From: Myxococcota bacterium
GTDB taxonomy: Bacteria > Myxococcota_A > UBA9160 > UBA4427
DNA: 64,000 bases
NCBI GenBank assembly: GCA_965250285.1
Contig: OZ252299.1
Coordinates: 3,680,001-3,744,000 of the forward strand
Reading direction: 5' to 3'
The translations under genes were made by a program, and so were the position numbers. The notes under the pieces are model-generated. The model made no database searches. It was not told where the DNA came from and saw nothing but the letters and a program-made list of their open reading frames with translations. Of this stretch, positions 19,760 to 28,054 are shown in pieces (position 1 is the stretch's first letter; the number at the start of each line of letters is the position of its first letter).

Positions 19760-20853
19760 GAAGCGTTCTCCTTTCGCACCAGACGGACGCCGCCAGCGGC
19801 CAGCAGCGAGATGACCAGCGCCGCAAGCGCAGCGGGCGGCATCACGGGCACGGCGACGGCCGGCTGCGGGCCGTTCCTCGCGAGAAAGTCGAGCACGATG
19901 ACCGCCAGCTCCTCTCCCTTGTCCTCTTGCAAGAAGTGCCCTGCAGCTTCGATGATGACGTGCGGTTCGTCGGCCGCCCCGGGCACGTGCTCGATGAACT
20001 TGAGCTCGCCGCCCCAGGTGATCCGATCGCCGTCGCTGAAGGCGGTGAGGAAGGGTTTGTCGAAGCTCTGCAAGCCGACCCACGCCGCCGCGGTCTCGCT
20101 GCCAGCCGCGCCGACGAGCGTCGGAAACTCACGCGCGCCGGCGAGATAGACCTCGGCTTCATCGGGGAATGGAGCGCGGTAGGCCTCGCGGATCGCCGTC
20201 GACAGCGCCGTTTCGGTCGCGCCATCGACGATGGTCCCGGTATCGAAGACGGACACCGTCTGTGAATAGTCGAGCCACTCCGAGAAGGAGAGGCCGGGCG
20301 GGCGCGGATGTTCCGGCGGTCCGATCGTCGTCACCGGGCCGCCGGGCAGCGCCGTGTTCGCGGCGACCACGCCAGCGAACCAATCCGGGTTCTCTCCCAC
20401 CAGCCGCAGGCCAATCAATCCGCCCCAGTCCTGGCCGAAGAACGTGATCTCGGTAAGGCCCAGCTCGACGATGAGCTCGGCGACCCAGTTCGTGTGCCGG
20501 GTGTACGTGTAGTCGTCGCGACTCGTGGGCTTGTCGCTGCGACCGAAGCCGATCAGATCGGGGACGATCACGCGGTAGCCCGCCGCTACGAGCGGCGGGA
20601 TCATCTTGCGATAGAGGAACGACCACGACGGCTCGCCGTGCAGCAACAGGATTGGCGGGCCGTCGAGGGGCCCCTCGTCGACGTAGTGCATCCGAAGATC
20701 GCCATCGACCTGGATGTAGTTCGGCTCGAACGTGTACCCAGGCAGCCCGACGAACTGCGTGGCCGGCGTCCGGACGAACGGGATCGGATCGAGCGCTCGA
20801 GCCGGTGCGGCGCATGCGAACACGATGGCAACCACGAGGGGTATGTTCCGCAT
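19756..20853 (-). CDS. Haloalkane dehalogenase (HLD-I type) with signal peptide and IPTL-CTERM-like anchor
   Basis: HGEPSWS.LYR, PDLIGFGRSDKP, GQDWGGLIG, FSDGD, AGHFLQEDKG; N-terminal signal (APARA); tail VPVM+TM+RK. Confidence 0.85.
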   Translation of the reverse strand: MRNIPLVVAIVFACAAPARALDPIPFVRTPATQFVGLPGYTFEPNYIQVDGDLRMHYVDEGPLDGPPILLLHGEPSWSFLYRKMIPPLVAAGYRVIVPDLIGFGRSDKPTSRDDYTYTRHTNWVAELIVELGLTEITFFGQDWGGLIGLRLVGENPDWFAGVVAANTALPGGPVTTIGPPEHPRPPGLSFSEWLDYSQTVSVFDTGTIVDGATETALSTAIREAYRAPFPDEAEVYLAGAREFPTLVGAAGSETAAAWVGLQSFDKPFLTAFSDGDRITWGGELKFIEHVPGAADEPHVIIEAAGHFLQEDKGEELAVIVLDFLARNGPQPAVAVPVMPPAALAALVISLLAAGGVRLVRKENAS

Positions 20854-21242
20854 CGAATCTCCACGTCGGCGTCGGTCGGCATGCCGCGATCCACAGCCGC
20901 GCGGGGCAGCGCGGTGCGATCGGAGCCCTGGACGGCATTGCGTCCACCCGGCTCGAAGCGATCGATGGAGAGGTCGGCGCGCGTTGCCGCAAACGACGCG
21001 CCACTGCCGTGGAGCCAAGAACCCGAAGCTACGACGACTGGCGCTTCGAACTCAAGCGAAACCTGGGGCGCGCTACGTGACGTCGAGTCGCATGGCACGC
21101 GTCGATCCATCGACCGGCAAGCACGACGCATCGCTGCGGGACGGTGCTTCGGGTGTGCGCGAGGAAGCGGCTGCAGAGCACGCGACGTGCCGATCCGGGC
21201 CGAGGATCGAACGCTCGTACGAAGCGCAGTTGGCGTCGCCAA

Positions 21243-21764
21243 CTACGACCGCGGTGCCACCTCGTAGAACCACACGTCGCCGTTGCGCACGACGTCGTTG
21301 GGATCACCGAACCCATCGCCAAGGCCGTACTTCTCGACCAGCTGCTCGAGGACCGGCGCGACCATCGGCCCCTCCATGATGCGGACGAGCCTGCGCTCGT
21401 AGATCACGTCGTCGACGCGCAGCAGGATCCGATCGTCCTTCGCGATCTCATGGGGCCACTGCTTCCAGAGCTTGCCGAAGGTCGAGTTCATGTAGCCCGA
21501 GACGATATACGGCTTGCCATCGTGCTCTGCGATCCAGGTGATGCGCGAGCGCGCGGGCTCGAGCAGCTGAAACTCGACCTCCTGCCGCGTTCGCATCGGC
21601 GACCAGTCGGGCTCGGGACCTTCGTAGAGCTCGCCCGTGGTGAACGGCCCGCCGGCGATGATCACGACCGGCCCGTCATGAAAGCGTGCGTAGATAAGGA
21701 GGACGGCCACGGCGAGGACGATCACGCCGATGAACCCACCGACGATCTTGAGCGTGGTCTGCAT
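21243..21764 (-). CDS. Hypothetical membrane-anchored protein (possible split-barrel fold)
   Basis: N-terminal TM helix, DGP..IIAGG, PARSRITWI; GGAG RBS. Confidence 0.65.
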   Translation of the reverse strand: MQTTLKIVGGFIGVIVLAVAVLLIYARFHDGPVVIIAGGPFTTGELYEGPEPDWSPMRTRQEVEFQLLEPARSRITWIAEHDGKPYIVSGYMNSTFGKLWKQWPHEIAKDDRILLRVDDVIYERRLVRIMEGPMVAPVLEQLVEKYGLGDGFGDPNDVVRNGDVWFYEVAPRS

Positions 21765-21886
21765 CGATTGGCTCCTTGGAAGAGGCTTCGCGGGGAGAGG
21801 CTTCGCGGCATGGGCGCCGGGTCGCGAGATTCTGCCGCAGCGTGACCGCTTCGAGAAGATCGATTCGTCGATCTGTCGAATCGGAG

Positions 21887-23653
21887 CTAGCTCGAGGGGG
21901 CCTCGATCGGGGCCGCGGGCTCACGCCCGAATCGCGTCGGCCGCGCTGCCGCCACACCGGTCGCACCGAGCAGCCCCCACAGAATCGGACCACTGCCGAC
22001 CGGGACCGGCGGCGCGCTCGGCAGATCGACCACGAGCGTCTGCCCCGAAGCCACATCGTGCTCGACGAGCCACGGGAGCGTCGCGCCGGGGGCATAGACA
22101 CGAACCCGGTGCACCGAGCCCGCGTGGTCGCCCAGACCGAAGTGCGCAACCGGCTCGCTCCACGCGAGAAAGTGCGGGCCGCCGGTGATCTCACGCGACA
22201 TCGAGACGGCGCCGGGCTGTGCCTCGACCTCGACGCGCGCACCGATCGCGTCTCGCACACCGCCCGCGGTGCGCACGCGCACGCGGAGCCACGCGCCGTC
22301 GTTGCCCCCGTCGTTGCGCAGAAGGTGCGGTGCCTCGCCGTTCGCGACGACGAAGACGTCGAGGTCGCCGTCGTCATCGTAGTCGAACGTGAGCAGCCCC
22401 TTGCCGGCGGTCGTCGCTGCGAACCCGGCGCTTGCGGCGACGTCGGGCATGACCGTGCCCGCACCGTCGTTGCGGAAGAGACGCTGTGGATCGAAGTTGT
22501 AGGGCCCGACGAGCCCCCCGAGCCCGACGAAGCGCTGGCCGTTGGTCATCGCGAGGTCGAGGTCGCCGTCGTTGTCGTAGTCGAAGAAGGCGGCGCCCCA
22601 CCCCCAGCGCCCGTCGCGTACGCCGTAGGTATCCGTGCCGTCGCTGAAGCTGCGAAGCCCCTCGTTCAGATAGAGTCGGTTGCCCGACGTCCCCCAGTTG
22701 CAGAATTGTCCGCCGTTGCAGATGTCGAGGGGATCCCAGATCGACGTCACGAACCAGTCGAGGTCACCGTCGCCGTCGACGTCGCCCAGCGCAGCCCCCA
22801 TGCCGTTCTCGTCGGTTCCGACGCCCGCCGCGATCGTGCCGTCGGTGAAGGTGCCGTCGCCGTCGTTCCAGAAGAGGCGCGTCGTCTCGAAGTCGCTCGC
22901 GATCAGCAGATCGGGGTGGCCATCGAGGTCGACGTCCGAGAAACGCGAGGTGAACGCGAAGACGCCACCGGGGATGCCGGGCACGTCCGACAGGTCGAGG
23001 CCTGCGTCCACCGTCTCGTCATCGAAGTAGCCCGGAGCAGAAGGGCCACGGTTGCGCAGAATGCGAGCGTGGGCCTGGCTCGAGCCCCACTCACAGATGT
23101 GGAGGTCGAGCCATCCATCGCCATCGTAGTCGCCGACGGCGACGCTCTGTCCGCCGTTCAGCTCGCCGTCATCGACGTCGGCACCGCGCAGCGCCGCTTC
23201 TTCTGTGAAGTGGCCCGTTCCATCGTTGACGTAGAGCAGGTAGCGGCTCTCGCGCACCGTCGACACGAACAGGTCGAGATCGCCATCGTTGTCGATGTCT
23301 GCGAAGGCCGCTCCGTTCGTCTGCATGTCTTGCGTGAACCCGGCCAGCACCGATCCCGTCGACGAGAACGTGCCGTCACCCTGATTCAGGTGCAGCAGAT
23401 CGGTGTCGTCGAAGCGGGTCGTGAAGAGGTCGACGTGGCCATCCCCATCGACGTCGCCGGCGGCGGCGCCCCCCGTCATCCACAGCATCTCGGTGAGCGG
23501 GCCGCCGGGCGCCACCCCGTGTTGGTCGTACACGAGGCCGGCGGCGGCCGCCTCGTCGCTGAAGGTCGGCGCGGCACGAGCGGGCAACGACGCGAGCATC
23601 CCCACCACCGTGAGCACGATGGCGATCCAGCCCGCCGGCTTGCTCGATGCCAT
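21887..23653 (-). CDS. CRTAC1-like FG-GAP repeat protein with ASPIC/UnbV domain and VPV-type C-terminal anchor
   Basis: Signal peptide; seven D.D.DG..DL repeats; REI.GG...L....AHFGLG; tail VPVGSGPILWGLLGATGVAAAR. Confidence 0.85.
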   Translation of the reverse strand: MASSKPAGWIAIVLTVVGMLASLPARAAPTFSDEAAAAGLVYDQHGVAPGGPLTEMLWMTGGAAAGDVDGDGHVDLFTTRFDDTDLLHLNQGDGTFSSTGSVLAGFTQDMQTNGAAFADIDNDGDLDLFVSTVRESRYLLYVNDGTGHFTEEAALRGADVDDGELNGGQSVAVGDYDGDGWLDLHICEWGSSQAHARILRNRGPSAPGYFDDETVDAGLDLSDVPGIPGGVFAFTSRFSDVDLDGHPDLLIASDFETTRLFWNDGDGTFTDGTIAAGVGTDENGMGAALGDVDGDGDLDWFVTSIWDPLDICNGGQFCNWGTSGNRLYLNEGLRSFSDGTDTYGVRDGRWGWGAAFFDYDNDGDLDLAMTNGQRFVGLGGLVGPYNFDPQRLFRNDGAGTVMPDVAASAGFAATTAGKGLLTFDYDDDGDLDVFVVANGEAPHLLRNDGGNDGAWLRVRVRTAGGVRDAIGARVEVEAQPGAVSMSREITGGPHFLAWSEPVAHFGLGDHAGSVHRVRVYAPGATLPWLVEHDVASGQTLVVDLPSAPPVPVGSGPILWGLLGATGVAAARPTRFGREPAAPIEAPSS

Positions 23654-24011
23654 CGATCCTCGCCTCGTCGTTGCGTTCCGAAGCCGCACCGGCACCCCCT
23701 CCGACGGATCCGCGCGCTGACACACGATCTTGCCATCCCGACCGCTCGGGGTGAATGCCGAGTTCGCTCGCGCGGGCGCGAGGCAGCGGGACCCTTCGAT
23801 TCGGCATAAGAAAAGAAATCCCTCGAAAGAAATACAGATGGACAGCGCGTCGGCGACGCACGTAGGATGCGGGGGCTCCCGGGTGATCGGTTTGGGAAGG
23901 CCGGCCACCTCGTCTTGCGCGGCATGCGGCTCGCGCGCGATGGCCTCGGATAGGGCGGAGCAGTCGAGGGGCTCGTGGCATGCGCCCGAGCCCGGAGAAG
24001 GGGATATTGCG

Positions 24012-24776
24012 ATGCGATGCGGGAGACGTGCGCCCATGCGGCGGGCGCACTCGACGATCGGCACGATCGTCACGGCATGCCTGTTCGCGCTTGCGATGGC
24101 AGGCAGCGCTCAGGCACTCAAGTTCGACTACCAGATCGGCAATCAGAACAGCTCGGGTGGGATCACCGTCTCGGACGGTGGCTACACGGCGACGGCCACG
24201 GGATGGGGGGGCATTTCGAATCCCCAGAACAGCCTGAACCCGACGAATCCGGGCGCGTCCGGCGCTCAGAACCTGGGCACCAACATCGGTACGGCGCTCG
24301 GCTTCGGGCGCGGCATCGGCTGCGGCACGGTCATCAGCATCAGCCAATGTGATCTCATCGCGCCGTCCGGCGAAGATGCGCTGCTCATCGAGTTCAGTGC
24401 GCTGATGGAGATCACGCGCATCTACGGCACGCTGCTCGAGAACCCCGACGACATCTCGGCGTGGAGCTGGAACGGCAGCAGCTGGGACCTGATCGGTACG
24501 GACGACTGCCCCCCCGACGGCTTCTTCAACAACTGCGGATCGTTCGGCCAGTTCGACGGCGAGGACATCGGGCACATCGACCTCATCGGTGGCGGCACGC
24601 TCCTGCCGTCGAACCCGACCGAGTATCTGCTGATCGTCGCCGAAGACACCAGCGCGAGTGCGTTTCGGCTGGGCTTCATCGAGGCGACGGTCATCCCCGA
24701 GCCGAGCACCGCGCTGCTGATCGGGGTCGGTCTGGCGGTGGCTGCTCGCGCTCGCCGGGGCCGAAGCGGCGCCTAG
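24012..24776 (+). CDS. PEP-CTERM sorting domain protein
   Basis: Signal peptide ending AQA; tail VIPEPSTALLIGVGLAVAARARR; start could be 24036. Confidence 0.88.
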   Translation: MRCGRRAPMRRAHSTIGTIVTACLFALAMAGSAQALKFDYQIGNQNSSGGITVSDGGYTATATGWGGISNPQNSLNPTNPGASGAQNLGTNIGTALGFGRGIGCGTVISISQCDLIAPSGEDALLIEFSALMEITRIYGTLLENPDDISAWSWNGSSWDLIGTDDCPPDGFFNNCGSFGQFDGEDIGHIDLIGGGTLLPSNPTEYLLIVAEDTSASAFRLGFIEATVIPEPSTALLIGVGLAVAARARRGRSGA

Positions 24777-24881
24777 CGGGCATCGAGGGGGGCCGGGCCT
24801 AACGCGCCGAGTTCGAGTTCGCTCGACTCGGCGGGGCGCGTTCGCAGCCGACCTGATCGCCCGGTTCGCGTGAAAACCCGG

Positions 24882-24920
24882 GAGCCGACGCGCGCTGTTG
24901 CCGCAGCGTTGCGTCGGCTC
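24882..24920. other. Strong intergenic stem-loop (terminator or RNA structure)
   Basis: GAGCCGACGC / GCGTCGGCTC 10-bp stem plus inner CGCTG/CAGCG stem; no U-tract. Confidence 0.45.
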
Positions 24921-25163
24921 GGGGCGCGGCCCCGATCTGCACACGCTCCCGGACGGCTCACGCCGTGAGCCGCTGCGGTTGAGACGTGGCGCGCAGATTG
25001 TCCGACACAATCGGCGACCCCACACCACCCATTCAGAACACGAAGCCTTGCGGGTCTCGACCATTCGAGGGCCCGGAGGATGCTGTGCGTGCCCGGCCGG
25101 TGTCTTCGATGCACCGAATACCGGATGTGATGTGACGTTGACGTAGAGACGCTGGAGTTCCCG

Positions 25164-25736
25164 ATGATTCGTCCGCTCGCCCTTTCCCTCTGCTTGTTCA
25201 TGGCACTCGCCGGTCCTGCTTCGGCCATCACGATCTACGACGAATCGGTCGATGGTGACCTGTCGGGCGTGCCGTCTTCGCCGGATGCCCTGGCCGTGTC
25301 GGTCGGTGCGAATACGGTGATCGGCAGCGTCGGCCAGAACGGCGGCACCGGCGCGACCAACGGCAGCGACGCCGACTACTTCAGCATCACGATCGGCGCC
25401 GGCGAATCGCTCACGGCACTGACCATCGACAGCTACACGTTCGCCCCGTCGAACCCGGGTGCGAGCTTCATCGGCATCGTGGCGGGGGACGGCTTCAGCG
25501 GTCAGGGGGGCGGCAGCGTCGACAACTTCGTGCTCTTCAACGCGTTGTCGGCTGACGTGCTGCCCGGTCTCGCCGGTGGACCGCTCGGCGAAGGCACCTA
25601 CTCGTTCTGGGTGCAGGAAGTTTCGCCCACCGTCGTCGACTATCAGCTCACGGCGACGGTCGTGCCCGAGCCGTCGACCGCACTGTTCGTCGGCCTCGGC
25701 CTGTGCGGCCTCGCCGCCCGCGCGCGACGCGCCTGA
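25164..25736 (+). CDS. PEP-CTERM sorting domain protein
   Basis: Signal peptide ending ASA; tail VVPEPSTALFVGLGLCGLAARARR. Confidence 0.9.
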   Translation: MIRPLALSLCLFMALAGPASAITIYDESVDGDLSGVPSSPDALAVSVGANTVIGSVGQNGGTGATNGSDADYFSITIGAGESLTALTIDSYTFAPSNPGASFIGIVAGDGFSGQGGGSVDNFVLFNALSADVLPGLAGGPLGEGTYSFWVQEVSPTVVDYQLTATVVPEPSTALFVGLGLCGLAARARRA

Positions 25737-25914
25737 GCGTTGCCCGGCGCCCGGCGCGCGCGCGCCGGGCGACGATTCGGCGCCCGGGAAACGCAGCCGT
25801 CGACGCGCAGGTGACCGGCCCCTAGGATCGGGCGGATCGGGGGCTCTGGCTCGGGTCCACCCCATGCACCCCTGATCCTGCGCGGTCGGTCGCGCTCGGA
25901 AGAGGCGAGCACAC

Positions 25915-27186
25915 ATGGTGCGATTGAGCGACCTCCCGCCCGAAGAGGCCGAACACCTGCTGGCGAAGGCGTGCGACCCCTTCGACACGCAGCCGTGGGT
26001 CACCGGTGTCCCGCTTGCCGAGCGACGGGTCTCGATCGTCACCACCGCCGGACTCCACCGAGCAGATGATGCGGCCTTCGCCGCGATCGATCTCAGCTAT
26101 CGCGTGATTCCGGGTCATGCGGCGGCCACCGATCTCACGATGACCCACTCGTCGATCCATTTCGACCGGGTCGGCTTTCGGGAAGACACGAATGTGGTGT
26201 TCCCGATCGACCGACTGCACGAGCTCGAGCGCGATGGCGTCATCGGGTCGGTCGCCGACTACCACTATTCACTGATGGGCGCCGGCTGGCCCCCGGCAGC
26301 CATCGAACCCACCGCACTCGAGCTGGCGCAGCGGCTTCGGGAGGATGGGGCGGATGCGGTCTGCCTCGTCCCCGTCTGACCGAACTGCACCCGCGCGGTC
26401 GGCGCGGTCAGCCACTACCTGGAGCGTGCCGGCATCGCGACCACGGGCATCAGCCTGGTTCGAGAGAACACCGAGCGCATGCGCCTGCCGCGTTTTCTCT
26501 GGGTGCCGTTCGAGCTGGGCCGGCCGTTCGGCGCGCCTCACGAGCCCGACTTCCAGCGCCGCGTCCTGCGCGCGGCCCTCGAGCTGCTCGAACGCGACGA
26601 TGGCCCGGTCGTTCTCGAGGACTTCCCCGACGATGCCCCCGTGGCCGTCGGCGATGGAGGCGAAGCCTGGTCATGCCCGGTCTCCTTCCAGCCGACGCAC
26701 GACGACGAGACCGAGCTCGTACGCGACACGCTCGACGAGATGGCGCAGCTCGCGCCCTGGCACGAGCTCTACACCGCACGCACGGGGCGCTCGGCGCCCG
26801 CCGCCTCGGGTCTGTCTCAGGTCGACATCGTGCGCGGACTCGGTGACCTGGCCGAGGACGAGACGGCCTCGACCGTCACCACGAACCGGCCGCTCATCGA
26901 GTGGGTTCGGCTCGGCTGTGACGACGTCCGAACCTGGTACCTCGAGGCGGCCCGCGGCCGCCCCGGCACGGCCTCGTCGACCGAGCTGAACGCCTGGTTC
27001 TGGGAGCAGACGGCCTTCGCTCGTCTGATCGCCGAGGCGGCCACGACGCTGGCACGGTCGAGCGACCCGGGCGTACAGCTCTTCGCGCGGCGCTCGATGG
27101 TTCCGCGCGCGCACATGCCAGCCTTGATGCCCGGCGTCGCGCCTTCGGCCGGCGAGCTCGTCGGCCCGGACAGGACGAAGCCATGA
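25915..27186 (+). CDS. PrdB/GrdB-like selenoprotein (Sec at UGA 26377-26379) with extra C-terminal domain, 423 aa
   Basis: ORFs 25915-26379 and 26479-27186 share a frame with a single TGA between them; readthrough gives VPV-U-PNCTRAVG...LERAGIAT...PRFLWVPFELGRPFG; N-part has SIVTTAG, D.NVVFPIDRL; hairpin 11 nt after the UGA. Confidence 0.85.
26391..26407 (+). promoter_or_regulatory. Putative bacterial SECIS element
   Basis: CCGCGC-GGTCG-GCGCGG, 6-bp stem with a G-starting loop, beginning 11 nt after the UGA. Confidence 0.65.
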
Positions 27187-28028
27187 AGATCACGCCGCTC
27201 TCCCCGGTCTTCGGCGCCGACATCGAAGACGTCGATCTCGCAACCGTCGACGATGCGGGCTTCGAACCGATCTACCGAGCCTGGATCGAGCACGGCGTCC
27301 TTCGCTTCCGAGGCCAGAGCCTCGACGACGCCCAGCTCGAGGCCTTCAGCGCGCGGTTCGGCCCACTCGAACGAATCCCCTTGAAGCTGACGCCCGAGCA
27401 GGAGAAGCGGTTCGCGAGTCTGTACGTGACGCCGTTGTCGAACATCACCATCGAAGGTCGACCCATCGGCGGCCTGGGCAATGCCGAGGCCAACTGGCAC
27501 TCGGACATGACGTACCTGCCCGTCCCACCGACTGCGAGCGTGCTGCTGAGCGTCGAGATCCCGGAAGAAGGTGGGGACACGCAGTTCAGCTGTCAGCACG
27601 CCGCACTCGATCGGTTGCCCGCTGCCCTGCGAGCGCGAGTGGATGGCCTGCGCATCAAGCACGACGCGTCGCACACCAGCATCGGAGACCTCCGGGCGGG
27701 CTTCGACGCGATCAGCGATCCGCGCGCGGTGCCCGGCGCTACGCACCCCGCCGTCCGAAGCCACGAAGAGAACGGTCGCGATGCGCTCTACCTGGGCCGC
27801 CGCGAGTTCGCCTACGTCGAAGGTCTCCCGCTCCCCGAGAGCGAGACCTTGCTCGATGAGCTCTGGCAATACGCAGCCCTGCCCGAGCACACGTGGACCC
27901 AGCAGTGGCGCGTCGGCGACGTGATCGTCTGGGACAACCGTCGCGTGCTCCACCGTCGCGACGCGTTTCCGAACCACATGCGTCGGATGCTGCGGCGTTG
28001 CCAGGTGCTCGCGCGCGAGGCGCCCTGA
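27183..28028 (+). CDS. TauD/TfdA family Fe(II)/2-oxoglutarate dioxygenase
   Basis: WHSD (HxD), GGDTQF, W.VGD...WDNRRVLHRR; ATGA overlap with the selenoprotein gene. Confidence 0.9.
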   Translation: MKITPLSPVFGADIEDVDLATVDDAGFEPIYRAWIEHGVLRFRGQSLDDAQLEAFSARFGPLERIPLKLTPEQEKRFASLYVTPLSNITIEGRPIGGLGNAEANWHSDMTYLPVPPTASVLLSVEIPEEGGDTQFSCQHAALDRLPAALRARVDGLRIKHDASHTSIGDLRAGFDAISDPRAVPGATHPAVRSHEENGRDALYLGRREFAYVEGLPLPESETLLDELWQYAALPEHTWTQQWRVGDVIVWDNRRVLHRRDAFPNHMRRMLRRCQVLAREAP

Positions 28029-28054
28029 CGGCCCGGTTGCGGCAGAATCTCAGC

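Noticed and set aside
22370..23460. Recurring DNA motifs such as GTCGAGGTCGCCGTCG as a possible CRISPR or repeat array
   Set aside because: They encode FG-GAP DxDxDG repeats within a CDS, with irregular spacing and degenerate copies
23376..26045. 889-aa minus-strand ORF
   Set aside because: Antisense to two clear PEP-CTERM genes and intergenic DNA; Arg/Ala/Pro-rich with no motifs, typical of a high-GC shadow ORF
25915..26379. Reading the locus as a pseudogene or as two separate genes (154 aa plus 235 aa)
   Set aside because: The stop is TGA exactly at the UxxC position, the 33 codons between the ORFs continue the family sequence, and a SECIS-like hairpin follows
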